A stretch of DNA of 64,000 nucleotides, taken from NCBI GenBank assembly GCA_004431415.1, contig QPMI01000101.1, positions 290,756-354,755 of the forward strand. The letters run 5' to 3'. This document shows, piece by piece, positions 38,276 to 49,749 of the stretch (position 1 is the first letter of the stretch; each line of letters starts with the position of its first letter). The notes below the pieces were generated by a model. That model saw only the letters and a list, made by a program, of their open reading frames with translations, had not been told where the DNA came from and searched no databases. The position numbers were made by a program, and so were the translations under genes. The DNA comes from Cyanophora paradoxa CCMP329. Its lineage: Eukaryota > Plantae > Glaucophyta.

Positions 38276-40130
38276 GCTTGTCCCCTGCCCGACGCGCGAA
38301 GAGACGCCGGGGCGTAAGAAAGAGCGGTAAATTCGAAGGCGAGTGCTCAGAAAACGATGTAAATTATATAATGTCGTCTAGGCCTGCGCATGTGTATGCC
38401 TGCAGGCTATAGCTAGTCCAGATGATCACGCCCCAACGTCAACTATCCAAAATAACGCAAACCGGTAGCGGACGACACCAGGCCGCCTGTAGCTTTATAT
38501 ATATAGAGAGCGGGAGCCCGGCGCGGGGCAGGCCATGGCCAGCCTGCAGGGCGGCAAGGCCTGGAAAGCGGCCAGAAATAGCCCGAAAGAGAGGGGGACT
38601 TGAAGCTAGGGGGTGGAGAGGATGCGACGGTGCTCGCGATCACCTGCACGAACGGGAGAGAGAGCCGGGTCGATGTTCGCGTCCTCCTCGAGCTCGCGCC
38701 CACGCTCAAGCCGGCGGCGGCGGCTGCTGCTGCCGCCGCCGCCGCCTGCGCAGCCTCGCCGCACACGCACGCAGGCCCAGCGTACACCGCCCCCGACTCT
38801 GCGCTCGCAGCGTGATCATGAGCGCTGGTCACGGCGGGGCGCGGCCGCGCGCGCGGGGGAACTCTAGATCAAAAGGGCGGAGGCATGGGCTCGCCCCAGT
38901 CGGCGAGCTCGATAATCAACTGGCGGCCGATCCACGGGCTCCCTGCCTCCGCCTTCAGCTTGTACAGCCTGCGAGCCCTCAGCTCATTATGAAGCTTTGC
39001 ATTCGCTCATGATCATGATCAAGAGCATTCAATTCAGCTGCAGTTGCCAAGCCCGCTAGAAATCCGGGACGGGCGGCGGACCTTTGCTTCACGACGGCAT
39101 GGTAGTGCACGTGGGGGCCGCTCTTGTCGCGCTCGGGCGACCAGGGAAGCGGAGCGAAGGGCTGGAAGGAGCTCTGCACGGTGCTCTGGAGGGAGACGAA
39201 CTGGCGGCGGAGGAGCGAGAACTCCGCCGTGCACGTGCCCAGATCAGGGTCGAGAGCTCCGGGGTTCGGCGGCCGGTCGAACGGCGACATTCGCGCGTGC
39301 GCGGCGACGTCCGGCGCTGCCGCACGCGCGATCGACCGAACCTCAGCCAGTTCACGCACTGACCGATATCACGATCGAATCAGATCGATACATATCGGCC
39401 GCAAACTGCACATTCGATCGCAGATGTACCTCATTCGCATGATGGAGACCGAGGCGCCCGCGGCCCGGGCGTTGCAACTGCAAGTTCCGCATGCATATGC
39501 GGACGGCATACTATGATACGTCCAAAGCTACTCTACAAGTTGAACTGAAGCTCGTGCTGCAGCCTGCAGGCTGCAGGCTCAAGCTGCACTGCGCCGTGAC
39601 TGCGGGGAGTCCGAGAGTCCGATGCTCACCGCGGCCGCCGGCCGCGGGCACCGCCGCACCGGTCTGCCGCACTGCGGCACTGCGCACGTGCTACTACGGT
39701 GCTAGGGATTAGCCTACTTGGCCTAGGCTTGTATGGCTGGGCTAAAGCTTATTCCGGTAACACCCCGTGCGGGCCGAGTAAGGGTAAAGTGAGCAGCGAG
39801 CCGCCGGGCCGCCGAGCCCCAGGCCCCCACTGGCCCCCCAGCGCTAGCTGCAGCCTGCAGTGACTCAGTGACTCTCGAAGTCCGACGGTCTCGCGATCTC
39901 GCAGCATACAGTATATACTCACTGAGTCAGTCACTGAGTGACTGGCATAGCGGCGCCGGGCGCTAGCGCTGTCGAAGATCTTACGTTTACAGTACCCACT
40001 ACGGTATACGGTATACCCCGGAGGGTAAGCCCGGTTGGCATTGTTTGTTCAACTCGGCAATGCTTTTAAATTTGCTAGCGCGGCGCCGCTAGCGCTAGTA
40101 CCGCTAGCGCGACGTCGACAGTTACTAGTA

Positions 40131-40392
40131 CCGTAAAACACAATATTAATGCGCGCATAATATTAATGCGCCCCCAAATTAATGCGTTTTTTACCGTCAA
40201 CACGCATTAATTTGGGGGCGCATTAATAACAGAACGCTAAGAAACTGGAGATAGTAGGACGTACTCAGTACCCCCCTCATGCAGGCGAGAAAGCGTAAAA
40301 ACGCATTAATTTGGGGGCGCATTATTAGCCATACGAGGGGTCCGGGTCCAAAAACGCATTAATATTGAGCGCATTAATATTGTGTTTTAAGG
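40131..40392. mobile_element. Tc1/mariner-pogo-like MITE, 262 bp
   Basis: TIR CCGTAAAACACAATATTAATGCGC / GCGCATTAATATTGTGTTTTAAGG (1 mismatch); TA on both flanks; internal inverted copies of TAATGCGCCCCCAAATTAATGCGT. Confidence 0.85.
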
Positions 40393-41149
40393 TATAGTGT
40401 TTTTTTTGTGTATTGAGGCGTTATTAAAAAATTGCAGTGTTCTTATAATTAATTAAATTGTCGAATTCGCAAAAATTGGAATTGCCGAGTCTATAATTTT
40501 AAATTGCTAAGGCCAGACGTTCATCACTCTACATTTCAAGTTGTAACTTGTAATAGGCCTGATGCTTGACCCCCCCCGGCTTCAAGCCAAGCCAAGCCAA
40601 ATTTTGGCCTTCCGGAGTCAAGCCAAGCCAAGCACCCCGTTAGTGAATTCGCACACACCGAGACAATACGGCTAATGATAGAACTGAGGAGTCCGTAAAG
40701 TGTCAAGTCGAAAGATGAGCCTACTGGTTACGCCGGGTAGGGAACCTATCAGCCATCGGACAGGGTGGAGCTAGTCAAGGAGACGTAAACTAAAGCAAAG
40801 CTAACCCAGAGCAGAGAGCTACTACCTATACATCTAGCCTAGCTTAGGACTAGGCTACCGAGAGGACTACCCAGGGTCTACGAGAGGGAGGTAAATTAAA
40901 ACACTACTACTGCTAGTGCTGCCTGCCTAGGGACCGTCGGGACGTCCGGCCAAGCCAAGCACCCGAGCCGGCTGGCTCAAATGCTTGGCCCCTCGGCTAG
41001 GTCAAATATTTGTCAAATGCTTGAGGGGGGGGTACCCCATGTACGCCCCTCTTCCCCTCTAGATCTAGCTATAGATCTTCCCTAAGGCGCGCGCTAGCTA
41101 GCTACGCACGTACGCGTACGTATACGCCGAGCGTCGCCTGCCCTGCCGC

Positions 41150-42097
41150 GTGCTGAGCGGATTCGCCATCTGTCGGCGCGATCGCGAACAGCCCGTGCTG
41201 CGTGTTGCAATTGAAATGGCTGTCGATCGCGATGCTCGATGTCGCGCTGATGTTTTTGAACACTGTCTTACAAGCGAACTGCCGGCCGTGCTTCTCCTTG
41301 TTGACTCAGTGAGCAGGCACATCGCTGCTTTAATTTCTTCCCGTGCATGCGCATGCGCAGCTTCCCCTGGATGATCTTAAGCTTGTCGCCCTGCCAGACC
41401 CACGAAGTGAGAATGTGGATCTGCCGCTTAAGCCAGAGGTGGCTGTCACAGCGGAACGGCGTTGTATGGCGCCATATACGCTGAAGGAAAAAAGTCCTCT
41501 ATGTAAATCGTTAACTTAAATCGCGTGTTCGCGTTACTGCAAAACTGGGCGAACTCGACTTGAACAATTACGTACCCCCCTTTTGGACTTGGTCGCGGCG
41601 CCGCGCGGCGCAACGAGCTCGCTCATTCTACAAAATCCAGCGCCACCATACAAAACTACGGTAGAGCAGCTGATTGGTAGGCCAATGGCGCGCCGGCGCG
41701 CGATTCGGTCTGGCCGTTTTCGATTTGCTCTGGAGCGAAGTTCGAACGACTTTTTTCCCAACGGCACCCGACTTCACCCCCCCGGTTAATTTTTCAAGTT
41801 GAATATGTTTCAAATATATATTAAGCTCTAATAGACTTGACTTGAAAAATTAAACTTGAGCGTATAGGGCGCCATACAACGCCGTTCCGCTGTGTGTCCA
41901 TCGGCTCGAAGTCGTCCGCGTCCGTGCGCGGCCCTTGCGCTGCTGCAGGCGCCCCTGGCGCAGCTGCAGCTGCAGGCGCGGCGCATCGCTGGAGCCGGCG
42001 ATGGGCTGCGCGGGGGCACGGAATGAGATGTTGCCGGACGCGTCCTTGCCGATGACTGACTGCGTGGCTTTAATTTGCCCTTCTCCTTCGGCGGCAT
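41150..42097 (-). pseudogene. Decayed ORF inside the hAT element, possibly a transposase N-terminus with a BED-finger-like segment
   Basis: MPPKEKGK start at 42097; frame DFEPMD-SHLWLKRQIH...WVWQG is restored when 41447-41894 is removed; downstream C...CKTVF...SHF..QH pattern with frameshifts. Confidence 0.4.
41447..41894. mobile_element. CACTA/CMC-like non-autonomous element with CACAG termini, 448 bp, nested in the hAT element
   Basis: ~36-bp TIR CACAGCGGAACGGCGTTGTATGGCGCC(A/C)TATACGCT; 3-bp TSD TGT (41444-41446, 41895-41897). Confidence 0.85.
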
Positions 42098-43046
42098 TGC
42101 TGCTGGCTGCCTGGCTGAGCCTGCTTCGCTGTGCCTAAGTATGGCCCTTCCCCCCCCTGCCCCCCCCCCCCATAATATTTGCAAGTATCTTTAAGCACGG
42201 CTTTCTGCCTCAAATGCTTGGCGCTAGAGGTCAAGCCAAGTGCTTGAGGCAAATGCTTGACCCCAAGCAGCAGGCCTAACTTGTAAGTTGTAATCATTGA
42301 ATATGGTGGTCTACTATATAGCTACTACTAGTCTACTAGTAACTTAAAAAGCCGCCTACTAGCCTAGTAGGCTAAGAAACTCTCGAGTCTATAGCTAGCA
42401 GTGCCTAGCACTATAGCTAGCCTACTGGATCTCTAGATCTTCCCCCGGGCGGCGGGCCGGGCCCGAATGCCATGATATCGATGCCGCGGCATTGCCGCCC
42501 CATGCAGCCTGGCAGGCCCCCAGCAACATTAATTTAATATTGCCGAGTCGTGAATTTTCAAAATTAATTTAATAATTGCATGCACGTGCACGCGCGCGTA
42601 CGTATATACTTCGTTTACGTACTTCAAGGCCGCCCCCGATGAGCTCGTAATCCGAGAAATAATAACAATGTGCGCTCCGGCCCCTTAGCTTCCGAAGCTG
42701 CCTTGTCGTGCATGCGCAGGTACAGTATACGTAGTACGTATACGTAGGGGCCGGTAGTACCGGTACGGACCGTACGGCCAATCATTGAATTGCAAGTTGC
42801 CAGGCATTGCGGGCAAGCGCTCGCCGCTCGCCGCTTGGCGCCGCTTGCAATTGGCAAGTTGCAACTTGCAATTCAATGATTGCACTGGATCATCAGTCGA
42901 CATCCGACATGGTACGTCCGAGTCTGCAATGACTCTGCATAAAAGACTGCATTGACCGTCGGACTCTGCAACTTGGATGGGGCCCCGGCCCTGGCTGAGC
43001 CACTGTCAGCTGCAGCCTGGCAGAGCCAGTGAGCCTGCGAGCCGCG

Positions 43047-43475
43047 CAGTGTTGTCGTTATAACGTTAACGGAAATCGGGTCGTTATAGCGTGACCGTTA
43101 TAACGCGTTATAACGGATAATGACGCGTTACTTTCGTCATTTTGAATATTTTATTATATTAAATATTCATTAAATATATTCCATTTCCTGCACGGGTACT
43201 TCCGCTCGTACGTGACCGCGGTCTGCCAGTGAACGCCGGCGCCGGCGAGCTTCCTAAGCCTTCCTTGCATGTGCAAACATCTTCTTAGCTGTTCTATCAT
43301 AGTTTCATATCAGAAATGCGTTAAAATGCTACGAAATACGCGAGTTAAGGGGGGGTGAAGCTCGTTAATAACGACTGTCCGTCATATTGACTGGGGTCGT
43401 TATAGCGCTAGCGCGTTATTAACGTGACGTTATAACGTCATCCGCTATAACGGTGACGTTATAACGACAACACTG
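43047..43475. mobile_element. hAT-type MITE, 429 bp
   Basis: Perfect 20-bp TIR CAGTGTTGTCGTTATAACGT; 8-bp TSD GAGCCGCG (43039-43046, 43476-43483); subterminal GTTATAAC palindromes. Confidence 0.9.
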
Positions 43476-43632
43476 GAGCCGCGCCTCAGCGGCGCCTGCA
43501 TGCGCAGGCTGCAGACTGCAGCCTGCAGTGCCGGCGACTCGGCGGCGAGTCGGCGGCGACTGTGCCGCTGCACTAGTACTGCCGCTCAGCAGCCGCTGCA
43601 GCCTGCATGCGCAGCTGGGCCGCCTACTAGTA

Positions 43633-43842
43633 CTGGAGAACCAGAAATATTTAGTGGGCTGCATATTTATAGTACTAAAAAGTTTTGGGCGATCTACTAA
43701 ATATTTCCCGCCTGCCAAAGTCCCGTCTCCGCCATACAAAAGCCCTGCGAAGACCGACCTACTAAAGATTTACCATCTGCTAAAGTGGCAGTTTTGGCGA
43801 AGTACTAATTATTTTCCTGTACTAAATTAACCAGTTCTACAG
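43633..43842. mobile_element. Degenerate TA-flanked MITE, 210 bp
   Basis: Imperfect TIR CTGGAGAAC / GTTCTACAG, TA on both flanks, AT-rich interior with repeated TACTAAA. Confidence 0.55.
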
Positions 43843-44108
43843 TAGTTAAAAAACGTTACTTTACTACTAAAGTTAGTACGCGGCGGCAGTGCCGCCGCGC
43901 ACTGCGGCACTGCCGCGGCACTTACCCCGGCGCCTACTACCGGTAGGCGGCGGTAGCTATAGTATGCATATGCCGATATATATCGCCGAGTCGATGGTAT
44001 GAATCATATGATCACGATATATCAATGCATATGCATTTGCAAAATCCCGTTATTTCAATTTGATCAAATTTACTTGATTTCACCGAGTCAGGTTCCGCCT
44101 ACGTACTA

Positions 44109-44349
44109 CTGTAAAACGAGAAATGTCCGGCAGCACTTAATATTCGGCGCTTTTCGGCATAGCCTCGCGGTGCCGAATATTTGAAACTGCCAGAATTGTG
44201 CAAATGTATGGCGAAAGAGGGATCAATGTACCCGCCGCCTAGGCGGACTGGCTGTGTTGCCGAAAATATGATGCCGATGAACCACAATTTCGGCGCATTT
44301 TTCAGGTTTTGCCGAAATAAAGTGACGCCGGACATTTCTCGTTTTACAG
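44109..44349. mobile_element. Tc1/mariner-pogo-like MITE, 241 bp
   Basis: Perfect TIR CTGTAAAACGAGAAATGTCCGGC (the inverted match extends to 44103/44355); TA flanks; internal TTCGGC/GCCGAA repeats. Confidence 0.88.
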
Positions 44350-44970
44350 TAGTACTCCGATCCCTCGGCATCTTACTAGTTAAGTTTCTTAATTGTAAAC
44401 GTAGTTGCAATTGACTAGCTCACTGCCAGGCTAAGTCAGAGGCTCGAACTTCGGAAAGCGATTCGATCGCTTGCAATTGTCGCGACTGCTGACGAGCAGC
44501 ACTCACATTGGGCACCAGTGCGCCCCCTTCGTCTTCGATTTCGTATGTTTTCTATACTTAATTTGATTTCGCGCGCGGCGTCACGCAGGCGATCCGCACG
44601 GATTGCGATGGCCCCAGCTCCGGATCCCCAGCTTCGATCCGACGCGACGCGATGCGGCTCCACCTTACGCACCTTCGGGAGCGGGGGAGGCCTATAGCTA
44701 GGCCCGGTACCGGTCTCCCGGTCCGGGGCTCGTTGGGGTTCCGGCCCCCTGGCCTCGGGCAGCATTCCTCCTCCTTAGCGGCCAGTCCGTGGCGGGAACG
44801 GGCGAGCCTCCGGATCCGGGCACGGCCCGCACCTTTGATCTTTTGATCTTAAGCCCGTAGGGTAAGTAGACCTAGGTTTCGATCTCGAGCTTCCGAAGTT
44901 CGGTATTCGATTTCGATTTTCGACGTCACTTGCCTATCTGACTGAGCCCTTACGATTCGACCGGCGGCCC

Positions 44971-45030
44971 ACTGCTAGCCAAACAGCTACTAGGGCTAGT
45001 CCAGATGTCGTTGGTCGTGTCTGAAATGCA
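44971..45030. repeat. 60-bp inverted dispersed copy of 16910-16969
   Basis: 59/60 identity to the reverse complement of TGCATTTCAGACACGACCAACGACATCTGGACTAGCCCTAGCAGCTGTTTGGCTAGCAGT. Confidence 0.9.
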
Positions 45031-45915
45031 ATTGCCGAAGCCTTGAAGTCATATCTTATATTAGTGAGCTCTAGCTGATATCGATATCCGCGGCAATATG
45101 ATTCGGTATCCATGCCGCAGTGCTCGGCGCGCGTCGCTCGCCGATCGGATCGCGATAGACGGATCCCGGATCGACGACGGTCCTACATAAGTACTACGTA
45201 TACGGTATACGTAATACGGTACACGCGTACGTAAGCGGTCCTAGCAATTGCAGTTACGTATACAAGCTTAAGCTAATCATGATCATCGCCGATCCCAGTA
45301 CTAGTGGCACTGTGCACGTGGCAGGCAGGTTCCCATGGCCAGTCATGCAGTCTCTCAGATTAAAAACAAATGATCATGATATTGGGGAAGGACCCCCTTC
45401 CCCTTCCCCCACTTTGGGGTGTTCGGGTGCCCACCCTAGGCCAAAATGAAATGTCCCGACCTCCAAAAACCCGGGTTTTCTCGCCGGATCCTAGCAAGGC
45501 ATGTCCCTAGGAGTCCGAAAACGTGTGCCGGAAGTTCTGGGTCATATCCGGTCAACCAGGAATGGGCAATAACACGTTTTCAAAAAATGCAACCTAGCGC
45601 CTCACCAGGTGGCGGTATATCTGCCTGACCAAGTGCGCCTGAATGCGCCTGATACGCCCGATGATTCATGTCATACATGCCGAGAGCGGAGGGGCACAGG
45701 GTGGCCCGCTAGGCCGCCTCAAGTACCTGTTGTACCGAGCGCCGAAAAAAATCGCTCCTGCGAGTTGGATTTTTTCGAGACTCGAGCAGGGGGGAATGGA
45801 GGCGATATCGTGTTGCAGTACCCGCGCTTTAAGCCGGCTAGCTAGCCGACAGGCTGGCCAACTAGCTGAGCTCCGGCTATCGGCTTGCTGGCCGCGGCAT
45901 GTGTCTGCGATCGGG

Positions 45916-45998
45916 GTGCGAATGCGTCTGCGCCCGCCGAGTGCGCGCCGAGGTACGTTTACGTGCGAATGCGTCTGCGCCCGCCGAGTGCGCGCCGA
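45916..45998. repeat. Direct duplication of a 36-bp unit
   Basis: GTGCGAATGCGTCTGCGCCCGCCGAGTGCGCGCCGA at 45916-45951 and 45963-45998. Confidence 0.9.
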
Positions 45999-46334
45999 TC
46001 GCGAGGTTGCGCGCCTGGGCGGGGCCACTCGAGACTCACTCGCTCGTGCGCTCGCCGCGCGCGGCGCTGCCGTCGGCGCTGCCACGCTCCACGCTCCGCC
46101 GATTCCGGCCGCACCAGGTACGAACCCGTCCTCCTCCGCCGCGCCGCCCTCTCACTTCCCGCGACCGCGGCCGCGAGACGCAGCAGCGAACGTCGCAGCT
46201 GCAGCTGGGCATCAAACTCGCATCTGTTCCATCGGTGCGCATGCTGCACAGCTGTGCTCGTCGCTCCCTCGAGCTCTAGATCTGCCGCGGGGGGAAGGTC
46301 TGCCGCGCGCTGCGCCTAGCCTCCCGCTCCTCGG

Positions 46335-46690
46335 GGGCGGAGGCGTAGCGGGCGGCGGCGCGGCTCGCCGGGCAGGGCGGAGGCGCGGCGGGCGGCGGCG
46401 CCGGCGCGGCTCGCCGGGCGGGACGGAGGCGCGGCGGGCGGTGGCGCCGGCGCGGCGCGCCGGCCAGGGCGGAGGCGCGGCGGGCGGCAGCGCCGGTGCG
46501 GCTCGCCGGGCGGGGCGGACCGGAGGCGCGGCGTGCGGCGGCGCAGCTCGCCGGGCGGGGCGGGAGGCGCTGCGGGCGGCGGAGCGGCTCGACGGGCGCG
46601 TCTCGACGGTCAGGGCGGAGGCGCGTTCGGGGGCGGCGCGGCTCGCAGGGCGGGGCGCCGCGGCGGAGGCGCGGCGGGCGGCGGCGCTTC
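46335..46690. repeat. GC-rich degenerate minisatellite (~35-45 nt period)
   Basis: Recurring GGAGGCGCGGCGGGCGG and GCGGCTCGCCGGGCGGG blocks. Confidence 0.7.
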
Positions 46691-47583
46691 TCAAGATCTA
46701 GCTAGAGTCCTCCGCTGAGCTAGATCTCGTCCTCCCCCCACCCCCCCCCCCCCCCCCATGATCGAGCTGCTATCAGAGTCCACACTATATATATCTCGGC
46801 TCAAAGATAACGTGATCATGACCAGCCGCAGGGGTTTATAACTTTCCTGCTCAACCTTTAAGAGGTCCTTCCCCTTCAACAGGGGCAGTGCAACTGCAGT
46901 GTCCCTGTTCCGTTCATATATCTTCTATCATAAGTATTTCTATATTCGGCCGCTGGGTAAAATATTAATGCGGCGTCATGATCACGACCGTCGGACTCAC
47001 GAGAAGTCGACTTCGTTGCGCATGCTGCCTGGCCATGGCAGCTGCAGGCCTGATATCGACGTCGATGGCCTCGGGCCGCTTTCGATCACAAGATTTACTC
47101 GACTCGAGCTCACGATCATCATCTATATATTGCTAATTATAACGAGGCAAATGATCACGATGATCAAGATCTATAGAGCTAGAGTATTGCAGCATGGCAT
47201 GTATTGCGTGACCATAAACTTGAAACTGTACATGTAATGTTGCACGTGCACTGACTGTCACTGTGGAGCTGCAGGATCTGGAGCTGCAGGACTGCCGTCT
47301 GTGAAAAATGGATACCGAGTGTATCTGCAAGCATATATATAATAGAGCTGCGCGCGTGAAACATCGATCTAACAGAGCAAATCTATGCAGAATTCAGCCG
47401 ACGGGTTTCTCGCACATTAAACGATGCATGTCCGATGCTGCGGCCTCGCGAGGGAGATGGGACTCGAAAAACAATCTAGACACAGTGCAAGAAGCCACGG
47501 GACCGACTTGCGTCGTCCGCTACAAGGCCCGAGGCCTCACTTTCAGCTGCGCGGGGTGTGCACAGCGGGCGCGAGGCCAACGC

Positions 47584-49710
47584 CTAGGCCTCGGGCGGCC
47601 TCGGAGGCAGGCGTGCGGCTCGGAAGGCGCCGGGCGGGAGGCTGGGAGCGGGGCCCCGCGGGGGCGTACGGGTGGGGGCGGGGTGGGGCGAGGCCGGGGC
47701 CTCCGGGGGGGCCCGCGGCGTCTCGAGGGGGGGCTGGAGGAGGGGGAGGACGAGCGCCGGCTCCCGGGAGGGGAGGGGGCCCCGGGCGCGGGGCGGGGCT
47801 GCCGGGGGGGATGGCCCCCTCGAGGCCCGCCCCAGCAAGGCCTGCGAGGCGATGGAGGAGAGGGAGGAGGAGTTGGGCGAGGCCAGGAGCCCGCAGGCGC
47901 CCCCGCCAACCATCCCCGCCGGCGACTGCTCAGCGGCCCAGTGAGGCAAACTTCTGGACGGGAGGGGGGGGGGGGGGGGGGGGGGGGGGGTGCGGGGGAT
48001 CGCGCACGGGCTGCGGCTCGGGGGATGCGCGGCAGGGGGCTGCGGAGGGGTGCGAGGAGCTCAGTTGAGCGGCGCCGCTGGGGCCTTCGGGCGGGCAAGG
48101 AGGCCTCAGAGGCGAACAGAGGGAGCAGAAGCGAGGCGCGGGGCCGACGCACCGGTCGCCCAGAAAAAGGACGGCTTGCGGCGGGGCTCGCCATGCCGCT
48201 CGCAATCGCGGAGCGAGCAGCCGCCGCCGCTGCCGGCAGCGCCACTGCCAGCGCCACAGCCACCCTCCTCGCGATCGAGGGCGCCACCCGGAGGATGCGG
48301 GAGGATGAGGTCCGAGACGGGGGCGGGGACGGGGACGGGTGCCGGGGAGACGCCGGCTCCTGCGCCGCGGGTGGTGGCACAGGTCGCGCACGAGTCCCTG
48401 CGCGGCGCGGAGCGGGGCCGGCGCGTCAAGTGAAGGCGGCGCTGGAGGCGGCCGGGGAGGGTGCTGCGCCGCCCACGCCCTTTCCCCGCGCGCTTTCAGG
48501 GGCCTGGGGGCCCAGGGGCTCGAGCAGCTCTCTGACCCCGTGCCCGCAATCTTCTCCCAGCCCCTGAGAGCGACCTCTCCCCCATCCCCTCCCTCTAACC
48601 CCCCTCCACCCCCCTCCCCCTCCCCTCCACCCCCTCTCCCCCCCCTCCCCCTCCCCCCCCTCTCCCCCCTCTCCCCCTCTCCCCCCTCTCCCCCTCTGCC
48701 CCCCCCCCCCCCCCCCTCGGAGCAGCTCTCTCGAGCCCCGTGACCCCGTGCCCGCAATCTTCTCCCAGCCCCTGAGAGCGACCTCTCCCCCATCCCCTCC
48801 CTCTAACCCCTCTCCACCCCCTCCCCCCCCTCCACCACCCCCCTCTCCCCCCCTCTCCCCCCTCTCCCTCTCCCCCCCCTCCCCCCTCTCTGCCCCCCCC
48901 CCCCCCCCCCCCCCCCGACCGGAAGCCCCGCCCTTCCTTGGGGCGCGCGCGGGGGCGCACCGGAAGGCGGAGCGGAGGGGGAGGAGCGGGGCGACGACGT
49001 GGGGGAGGAGCTGGAAGTCGGGGCGAGCGGCGAGCAGCTCCTCCACCCGCTCCTCCAGGTCCAGTGAGTTCGCCCCCGAGAAGCTGACGCCCCCCGGGGC
49101 GACGCCCCCGCCCCGTCAGCGAGGGTCGAGGAGAGCGCGCAGAGCTGCAGCTGGGCTCTATATGGTTCGGGCGCGCGCTGGCCGAGCTCGACGAGGCCAG
49201 CTAGCGGGCTCCAGAGGGCCCTCCGGGGAGGGGCCGGGGGGAGGGGACGGGGGGAGGGGCCGGGGCGGGGCCGGGACGCGGGCGCGGGCTCGCCTCTCCT
49301 TCCACTCGGCGATCTCGCGCTGGATGGCGGCGGAGCGTGCGGGGTGCTCGCGGGGCCGGTCCGCGAACCAGAGCTGGAGGACGCGCTGGTGCCGCACCAG
49401 GTCCAGGGCGATGATCCTGCCCCGCCGCCCCCCCGCCCCCTCACAACCACACCAGGGCGGGGGCCCCCCCGACGAGCTTCTCTTGGGCGTCCACCGCGCG
49501 CATCCCCGCAGCCTCGACTTTCGATGCCACGATGGGGCCCGGGGCGCGGTCGCGGGCGGCGCGCACCGGCCGCGGTGGGAGAGGAAGACGTGCCGCCCCT
49601 CCTCCCGGACGAGGCCCGCTGCTCAGATCACCTCAGATCAGATCGGATCAGAATGTAGGCGAGTCAGCGAGCTCTCCACGGGGGCGACGGTTTCGGTCAG
49701 ATCTGACTGC
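47584..49710 (-). CDS. Hypothetical multi-exon coding region (separate gene, or cytoplasmic tail of the upstream receptor)
   Basis: Exon-like segments IIALDLVRHQRVLQLWFADRP...IAEWKE, LEERVEELLAARPDFQLLPHVVAPLLP and EVALRGWEKIAG. Boundaries uncertain. Confidence 0.4.
48522..48916. repeat. Tandem duplication (~200 bp) containing an exon-like block and a C/T-rich tract
   Basis: TGACCCCGTGCCCGCAATCTTCTCCCAGCCCCTGAGAGCGACCTCTCCCCCATCCCCTCCCTCTAACCCC occurs at 48533 and 48741. Confidence 0.85.
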
Positions 49711-49749
49711 TTCCTCGGACTGGGGAGGGTTGTCGGTTTGGTTGGAAGA

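Larger units (their letters stand above)
40554..42278. mobile_element. Non-autonomous hAT-type DNA transposon, 1725 bp including a nested insert
   Basis: TIR TAGGCCTGATGCTTG / CAAGCAGCAGGCCTA; perfect 8-bp TSD ACTTGTAA (40546-40553, 42279-42286); subterminal CAAGC and AAATGCTTG repeats at both ends. Confidence 0.88.

Noticed and set aside
38600-39360. Short ORFs of 71 aa (+) and 126 aa (-) that look like gene fragments
   Set aside because: No ATG start, splice context or recognisable domain; too weak to call.
40665-40800. Hammerhead-like CTGAGGAG...GAAA with nearby hairpins inside the hAT element
   Set aside because: Stem II between CTGAGGA and GAAA does not pair, and no convincing stem I/III or cleavage triplet was found. 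An Infernal scan would settle it.
45380-45850. Possible additional transposon
   Set aside because: Composition is TE-like, but I could not find matching TIRs or a TSD.
45643-46701. 352-aa ORF
   Set aside because: Runs through tandem repeats and a GC minisatellite, with no recognisable motif.
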